Source: the human T2T-CHM13v2.0 reference genome, Homo sapiens
Strand: one strand, 5' to 3'
Length of the DNA stretch: 64,000 nt
Assembly (NCBI RefSeq): GCF_009914755.1
Contig: NC_060948.1
Positions within the stretch are counted from its first letter, which is position 1, and the number at the start of each line of letters is the position of its first letter. Made by a program: the position numbers and the translations under genes. Under the pieces are notes generated by a model that searched no databases, was not told the DNA's origin, and worked only from the letters and a program-made list of their open reading frames with translations. This document shows positions 52,800 to 64,000 of this stretch, piece after piece.

Positions 52800-54333
52800 A
52801 TACGTATACATTATGTATATAATAATATACAGTATCATATATATAATATATATAACCTATGTATAATATTGTTTTACATCCTGCATCTTATGTTATATAT
52901 ATTGTATAAAATATAATAATTGATAATATATAAGTTTTATAATTATACAATATGACATATAGTATATATTATAATTTATGACATATATAATATATGTTAT
53001 ATATCATATATAGAATATATTATACGGTTAATATACGTATTAAATATAAATTATACATTATATATATCATATATAATATATCTGTTATATATAATACCCA
53101 TTATGCATAATATATATATTATGTCTATGTTATATATAGTATAAAACAACATATAATAATATATAATTGTATATATAAAATGCGACATAGAATATATATT
53201 ATATTTTATAACATATGTAATATATATTATATATTATATATAATACGTTGTATGTATAATACCTATATTAAATATATATTATATGACTATGTTATTAATT
53301 ACATGTCACATGTGTTATATATTATATATTTTACATAGAATATACCGGTTACATACAATATATACTATGTTACCTATAATGTATAATTTATTACATGTAA
53401 AATAAAGAATGCAATATATTATGTATAATTTATAATATACAATATGTGGAATGTGATATATGTAACATATAATATATGATATATGATATACAGTATATGA
53501 TATATAACATACAATATATGATTCCTAATATATATGGTATACAATATATATTTTATGATATGTATTCTATATGTTTTATATTCTGTTATATATAACTATT
53601 TGAAATTATATATAACTGTATAATATTTTATGTAAATATGTAATGTAATATATAACTATATAATATATTATATATAACTATATATTATGTTATATATACT
53701 TTTATAACATAATTTACATAAAATATCATAATATTATATATATTATATTATTTCATATTACATAATATATATTACATATCAACCAATATAACTAACATAC
53801 ATAATATTATAATATAGATTATATTATGTTACATTAAATATCATATATATCATGTATCATATATTCTATAATATATATTACACATTATATAATATGTATG
53901 TTGTCTATTATGTGATATATATAACTATATATATAATTATATTTTTATACATATAACTAGATAAACATGTAATTCTACATATTTTCATTTATAATATGTA
54001 GAATTATATAATCATATATAATTATTTATATTCTATAAAAAATTTTATCATTATATAAATTATAATATATAAAAATTATAATATGTACTACAAATATATA
54101 TATTATATATCATATATGATATAGTACCTTTGTTATATATCATAATACATATAAATGTGTATTATGTTATCTATAATTATATAATTTCATATATAAGATG
54201 TATAATATGTATCATATATTATATATGTTATGTAATATATATAGTATATATAAGATGACACAGGATAAATATTATATACTATGACATATAAAATATATGA
54301 GGTTATATGTTACATATAAGGCATAGCACATAA

Positions 54334-54648
<315 letters not shown>

Positions 54649-55217
54649 AGATCCGTATTTTTTAAATGAAAAAAAATTTCAAAGGTACTCTGCTTGGTAC
54701 AATAATCAAATGTATAAACTGAGGAATAAAACATAACCATGAAACCTACTTATAACTGCATATGGAAAATACAGAGGATAATTTTTTAAATAACATATTT
54801 TGAAAGCCTTAACTAGTAATTTGAAGAGTTGGCATTTGAAAGGCCAGTATGAATATACCTTCAAAGCAGCAACACAGGTTCCCCATGAGAAAAAGCAAAC
54901 ACAGGGAAAATAAAAACACAAAGGTTCAATCTCTTCTGACCTTTGAAAGACACAGCACAGACAGTGGTCCTTAGGACGAAGAGCAGGAGACCCCTAATTC
55001 CGTCACCATGGCGATAGGGCATAAACATTGCTGGGTGAGGGCACAATCCACATTGTGAGGTCCAACTGCTGCCAGGAAGACAGGAGTGCTTTTACATAGA
55101 CCGAAAGGTCATTGAAGGCTCAGAGTTTTGTTTCAAGAACTGAATCCCAAGCCCACACGTTATTAGGCTGCGCTTCTTAAAACAAGTTATGAGATGGGAA
55201 AAAGGGCACCCACAAAC
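54649..55217. repeat. HSATI-type segment, unit 23
   Basis: Near-identical copy of 1422-1990. Confidence 0.8.
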
Positions 55218-56753
55218 ATACGTATACATTATGTATATAATAATATACAGTATCATATATATAATATATATAACCTATGTATAATATTGTTTTACATCCT
55301 GCATCTTATGTTATATATATTGTATAAAATATAATAATTGATAATATATAAGTTTTATAATTATACAATATGACATATAGTATATATTATAATTTATGAC
55401 ATATATAATATATGTTATATGTCATATATAGAATATATTATACGGTTAATATACGTATTAAATATAAATTATACATTATATATATTATATATAATATATC
55501 TGTTATATATAATACCCATTATGCATAATATATATATTATGTCTACGTTATATATAGTATAAAACAACATATAATAATATATAATTGTATATATAAAATG
55601 CGACATAGAATATATATTATATTTTATAACAAATGTAATATATATTATATATTATATATAAAACGTTGTATGTATAATACCTATATTAAATATATATTAT
55701 ATGACTATGTTATTAATTACATGTCACATGTGTTATATATTATATATTTTACATAGAATATACCGGTTACATACAATATACACTATGTTACCTATAATGT
55801 ATAATTTATTACATGTAAAATAAAGAATGCAATATATTATGTATAATTTATAATATACAATATGTGGAATGTGATATATATAACATATAATATATGATAT
55901 ATGATATACAGTATATGATATATAACATACAATATATGATTCCTAATATATATGGTATACAATATATATTTTATGATATGTATTCTATATGTTTTATATT
56001 CTGTTATATATAACTAGTTGAAATTATATATAACTGTATAATATTTTATGTAAATATGTAATATAATATATATAACTATATAATATATTATATATAACTA
56101 TATATTATGTTATATATACTTTTATAACATAATTTACATAAAATATCATAACGTAATATATATTATATTATTTCATATTACATAATATATATTACATATC
56201 ACCCAATATAACTAACATACATAATATTATAATATAGATTATATTATGTTATATTAAATATCATATATATCATGTATCATATATTCTATAATATATATTA
56301 CACATTATATAATATGTATGTTGTCTATTATGTGATATATATAACTATATATATAATTATATTTTTATACATATAACTAGATAAACATGTAATTCTACAT
56401 TTTTTCATTTATAATATGTAGAATTATATAATCATATATAATTATTTATATTCTATAAAAAATTTTATCATTATATAAATTATAATATATAAAAATTATA
56501 ATATGTACTACAAATATATATATTATATATCATATATGATATAGTACCTTTGTTATATATCATAATACATATAAATGTGTATTATGTTATCTATAATTAT
56601 TTAATTTCATATATAAGATGTATAATATGTATCATATATTATATATGTTATGTAATATATATAGTATATATAAGATGACACAGGATAAATATTATATACT
56701 ATGACATATAAAATATATGAGGTTATATGTTACATATAAGGCATAGCACATAA

Positions 56754-57068
<315 letters not shown>

Positions 57069-57637
57069 AGATCCGTATTTTTTAAATGAAAAAAAATTTC
57101 AAAGGTACTCTGCTTGGTACAATAATCAAATGTATAAACTGAGGAATAAAACATAACCATGAAACCTACTTATAACTGCATATGGAAAATACAGAGGATA
57201 ATTTTTTAAATAACATATTTTGAAAGCCTTAACTAGTAATTTGAAGAGTTGGCATTTGAAAGGCCAGTATGAATATACCTTCAAAGCAGCAACACAGGTT
57301 CCCCATGAGAAAAAGCAAACTCAGGGAAAATAAAACCACAAAGGTTCAATCTCTTCTGACCTTTGAAAGACACAGCACAGACAGTGGTCCTTAGGACGAA
57401 GAGCAGGAGACCCCTAATTCCGTCACCATGGCGATAGGGCATAAACATTGCTGGGTGAGGGCACAATCCACATTGTGAGGTCCAACTGCTGCCAGGAAGA
57501 CAGGAGTGCTTTTACATAGACCGAAAGGTCATTGAAGGCTCAGAGTTTTGTTTCAAGAACTGAATCCCAAGCCCACACGTTATTAGGCTGCGCTTCTTAA
57601 AACAAGTTATGAGATGGGAAAAAGGGCACCCACAAAC
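57069..57637. repeat. HSATI-type segment, unit 24
   Basis: Near-identical copy of 1422-1990. Confidence 0.8.
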
Positions 57638-59171
57638 ATACGTATACATTATGTATATAATAATATACAGTATCATATATATAATATATATAACCTATGT
57701 ATAATATTGTTTTACATCCTGCATCTTATGTTATATATATTGTATAAAATATAATAATTGATAATATATAAGTTTTATAATTATACAATATGACATATAG
57801 TATATATTATAATTTATGACATATATAATATATGTTATATATCATATATAGAATATATTATACGTTTAATATACGTATTAAATATAAATTATACATTATA
57901 TATATTATATATAATATATCTGTTATATATAATACCCATTATGCATAATATATATATTATGTCTATGTTATATATAGTATAAAACAACATATAATAATAT
58001 ATAATTGTATATATAAAATGCGACATAGAATATATATTATATTTTATAACATATGTAATATATATTATATATTATATATAATACGTTGTATGTATAATAC
58101 CTATATTAAATATATATTATATGACTATGTTATTAATTACATGTCACATGTGTTATATATTATATATTTTACATAGAATATACCGGTTACATACAATATA
58201 TACTATGTTACCTATAATGTATAATTTATTACATGTAAAATAAAGAATGCAATATATTATGTATAATTTATAATATACAATATGTGGAATGTGATATATG
58301 TAACATATAATATATGATATATGATATACAGTATATGATATATAACATACAATATATGATTCCTAATATATATGGTATACAATATATATTTTATGATATG
58401 TATTCTATGTGTTTTATATTCTGTTATATATAACTATTTGAAATTATATATAACTGTATAATATTTTATGTAAATATGTAATGTAATATATAACTATATA
58501 ATATATTATATATAACTATATATTATGTTATATATACTTTTATAACATAATTTACATAAAATATCATAATATAATATATATTATATTATTTCATATTACA
58601 TAATATATATTACATATCAACCAATATAACTAACATACATAATATTATAATATAGATTATATTATGTTATATTAAATATCATATATATCATGTATCATAT
58701 ATTCTATAATATATATTACACATTATATAATATGTATGTTGTCTATTATGTGACATATATAACTCTATATATAATTATATTTTTATACATATAACTAGAT
58801 AAACATGTAATTCTACATATTTTCATTTATAATATGTAGAATTATATAATCATATATAATTATTTATATTCTATAAAAAATTATATCATTATATAAATTA
58901 TAATATATAAAAATTATAATATGTACTACAAATATATATATTATATATCATATATGATATAGTACCTTTGTTATATATCATAATACATATAAATGTGTAT
59001 TATGTTATCTATAATTATATAATTTCATATATAAGATGTATAATATGTATCATATATTATATATGTTATGTAATATATATAGTATATATAAGATGACACA
59101 GGATAAATATTATATACTATGACATATAAAATATATGAGGTTATATGTTACATATAAGGCATAGCACATAA

Positions 59172-59486
<315 letters not shown>

Positions 59487-60055
59487 AGATCCGTATTTTT
59501 TAAATGAAAAAAAATTTCAAAGGTACTCTGCTTGGTACAATAATCAAATGTATAAACTGAGGAATAAAACATAACCATGAAACCTACTTATAACTGCATA
59601 TGGAAAATACAGAGGATAATTTTTTAAATAACATATTTTGAAAGCCTTAACTAGTAATTTGAAGAGTTGGCATTTGAAAGGCCAGTATGAATATACCTTC
59701 AAAGCAGCAACACAGGTTCCCCATGAGAAAAAGCAAACACAGGGAAAATAAAAACACAAAGGTTCAATCTCTTCTGACCTTTGAAAGACACAGCACAGAC
59801 AGTGGTCCTTAGGACGAAGAGCAGGAGACCCCTAATTCCGTCACCATGGCGATAGGGCATAAACATTGCTGGGTGAGGGCACAATCCACATTGTGAGGTC
59901 CAACTGCTGCCAGGAAGACAGGAGTGCTTTTACATAGACCGAAAGGTCATTGAAGGCTCAGAGTTTTGTTTCAAGAACTGAATCCCAAGCCCACACGTTA
60001 TTAGGCTGCGCTTCTTAAAACAAGTTATGAGATGGGAAAAAGGGCACCCACAAAC
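59487..60055. repeat. HSATI-type segment, unit 25
   Basis: Near-identical copy of 1422-1990. Confidence 0.8.
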
Positions 60056-61591
60056 ATACGTATACATTATGTATATAATAATATACAGTATCATATATAT
60101 AATATATATAACCTATGTATAATATTGTTTTACATCCTGCATCTTATGTTATATGTATTGTATAAAATATAATAATTGATAATATATAAGTTTTATAATT
60201 ATACAATATGACATATAGTATATATTATAATTTATGACATATATAATATATGTTATATATCATATATAGAATATATTATACGGTTAATATACGTATTAAA
60301 TATAAATTATACCTTATATATATTATATATAATATATCTGTTATATATAATACCCATTATGCATAATATATATATTATGTCTATGTTATATATAGTATAA
60401 AACAACATATAATAATATATAATTGTATATATAAAATGCGACATAGAATATATATTATATTTTATAACATATGTAATATATATTATATATTATATATAAT
60501 ACGTTGTATGTATAATACCTATATTAAATATATATTATATGACTATGTTATTAATTACATGTCACATGTGTTATATATTATATATTTTACATAGAATATA
60601 CCGGTTACATACAATATATACTATGTTACCTATAATGTATAATTGATTACATGTAAAATAAACAATGCAATATATTATGTATGATTTATAATATACAATA
60701 TGTGGAATGTGATATATATAACATATAATATATGATATATGATATACAGTATATGATATATAACATACAATATATGATTCCTAATATATATGGTATACAA
60801 TATATATTTTATGATATGTATTCTATATGTTTTATATTCTGTTATATATAACTAGTTGAAATTATATATAACTGTATAATATTTTATGTAAATATGTAAT
60901 ATAATATATATAACTATATAATATATTATATATAACTATATATTATGTTATATATACTTTTATAACATAATTTACATAAAATATCATAACGTAATATATA
61001 TTATATTATTTCATATTACATAATATATATTACATATCACCCAATATAACTAACATACATAATATTATAATATAGATTATATTATGTTATATTAAATATC
61101 ATATATATCATGTATCATATATTCTATAATATATATTACACATTATATAATATGTATGTCGTCTATTATGTGATATATATAACTCTATATATAATTATAT
61201 TTTTATACATATAACTAGATAAACATGTAATTCTACATATTTTCATTTATAATATGTAGAATTATATAATCATATATAATTATTTATATTCTATAAAAAA
61301 TTATATCATTATATAAATTATAATATATAAAAATTATAATATGTACTACAAATATATATATTATATATCATATATGATATAGTACCTTTGTTATATATCA
61401 TAATACATATAAATGTGTATTATGTTATCTATAATTATATAATTTCATATATAAGATGTATAATATGTATCATATATTATATATGTTATGTAATATATAT
61501 AGTATATATAAGATGACACAGGATAAATATTATATACTATGACATATAAAATATATGAGGTTATATGTTACATATAAGGCATAGCACATAA

Positions 61592-61906
<315 letters not shown>

Positions 61907-62475
61907 AGATCCGTATTTTTTAAATGAAAAAAAATTTCAGAGGTACTCTGCTTGGTACAATAATCAAATGTATAAACTGAGGAATAAAACATAACCATGA
62001 AACCTACTTATAACTGCATATGGAAAATACAGAGGATAATTTTTTAAATAACATATTTTGAAAGCCTTAACTAGTAATTTGAAGAGTTGGCATTTGAAAG
62101 GCCAGTATGAATATACCTTCAAAGCAGCAACACAGGTTCCCCATGAGAAAAAGCAAACACAGGGAAAATAAAAACACAAAGGTTCAATCTCTTCTGACCT
62201 TTGAAAGACACAGCACAGACAGTGGTCCTTAGGACGAAGAGCAGGAGACCCCTAATTCCGTCACCATGGCGATAGGGCATAAACATTGCTGGGTGAGGGC
62301 ACAATCCACATTGTGAGGTCCAACTGCTGCCAGGAAGACAGGAGTGCTTTTACATAGACCGAAAGGTCATTGAAGGCTCAGAGTTTTGTTTCAAGAACTG
62401 AATCCCAAGCCCACGCGTTATTAGGCTGCGCTTCTTAAAACAAGTTATGAGATGGGAAAAAGGGCACCCACAAAC
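61907..62475. repeat. HSATI-type segment, unit 26
   Basis: Near-identical copy of 1422-1990. Confidence 0.8.
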
Positions 62476-64000
62476 ATACGTATACATTATGTATATAATA
62501 ATATACAGTATCATATATATAATATATATAACCTATGTATAATATTGTTTTACATCCTGCATCTTATGTTATATATATTGTATAAAATATAATAATTGAT
62601 AATATATAAGTTTTATAATTATACAATATGACATATAGTATATATTATAATTTCTGACATATATAATATATGTTATATATCATATATAGAATATATTATA
62701 CGGTTAATATACGTATTAAATTTAAATTATACATTATATATATTATATATAATATATCTGTTATATATAATACCCATTATGCATAATATATATATTATGT
62801 CTATGTTATATATAGTATAAAACAACATATAATAATATATAATTGTATATATAAAATGCGACATAGAATATATATTATATTTTATAAAATATGTAATATA
62901 TATTATATATTATATATAATACGTTGTATGTATAATACCTATATTAAATATATATTATATGACTATGTTATTAATTACATGTCACATGTGTTATATATTA
63001 TATATTTTACATAGAATATACCGGTTACATACAATATATACTATGTTACCTATAAAGTATAATTGATTACATGTAAAATAAAGAATGCAATATATTATGT
63101 ATAATTTATAATATACAATATGTGGAATGTGATATATGTAACATATAATATATGATATATGATATACAGTATATGATATATAACATACAATATATGATTC
63201 CTAATATATATGGTATACAATATATATTTTATGATATGTATTCCATATGTTTTATATTCTGTTATATATAACTATTTGAAATTATATATAACTGTATAAT
63301 ATTTTATGTAAATATGTAATATAATATATATAACTATATAATATATTATATATAACTATATATTATGTTATATATACTTTTATAACATAATTTACATAAA
63401 ATATCATAATATAATATATATTATATTATTTCATATTACATAATATATATTACATATCACCCAATATAACTAACATACATAATATTATAATATAGATTAT
63501 ATTATATTATATTAAATATGATATATATCATGTATCATATATTCTATAATATATATTACACATTATATAATATGTATGTTGTCTATTATGTGATATATAT
63601 AACTATATATATAATTATATTTTTATACATATAACTAGATAAACATGTAATTTTACATATTTTCATTTATAATATGTAGAATTATATAATCATATATAAT
63701 TATTTATATTCTATAAAAAATTTTATCATTATATAAATTATAATATATAAAAATTATAATATGTACTACAAATATATATATTATATATCATATATGATAT
63801 AGTACCTTTGTTATATATCATAATACATATAAATGTGTATTATGTTATCTATAATTATATAATTTCATATATAAGATGTATAATATGTATCATATATTAT
63901 ATATGTTATGTAATATATATAGTATATATAAGATGACACAGGATAAATATTATATACTATGACATATAAAATATATGAGGTTATATGTTACATATAAGGC
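62476..64000. repeat. AT-rich simple-sequence spacer of DYZ2 (nearly complete, window edge)
   Basis: Colinear with 1991-3515. The window ends ~35 bp before the next expected Alu tail. Confidence 0.9.

Overview
The whole 64 kb window is a head-to-tail tandem array of a ~2420-bp composite unit: 26 Alu+HSATI modules plus partial spacers at both ends, about 26.4 periods, all in one orientation. Each unit has three parts: a ~1.56 kb extremely AT-rich simple-sequence spacer, a ~292-bp diverged, slightly 5'-truncated Alu on the minus strand, and a ~570-bp non-simple HSATI-type segment. This architecture, the period and a HaeIII map predicting a ~2.15-kb fragment match human DYZ2/HSat1B, most likely Yq12 heterochromatin; related copies on the acrocentric short arms cannot be excluded. 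I find no credible protein-coding or RNA genes, and no evidence for a new gene system. The short ORFs are by-products of the repeat. The informative signal is in the variant pattern between units: a recent 12,094-bp (5-unit) tandem duplication with a mappable junction, older 1-, 2- and 4-unit relationships, a left/right haplotype shift, probable conversion tracts, and an apparent shortage of CpG>TpG decay alongside many CpG gains. All variant calls were made by eye and need confirmation by alignment.
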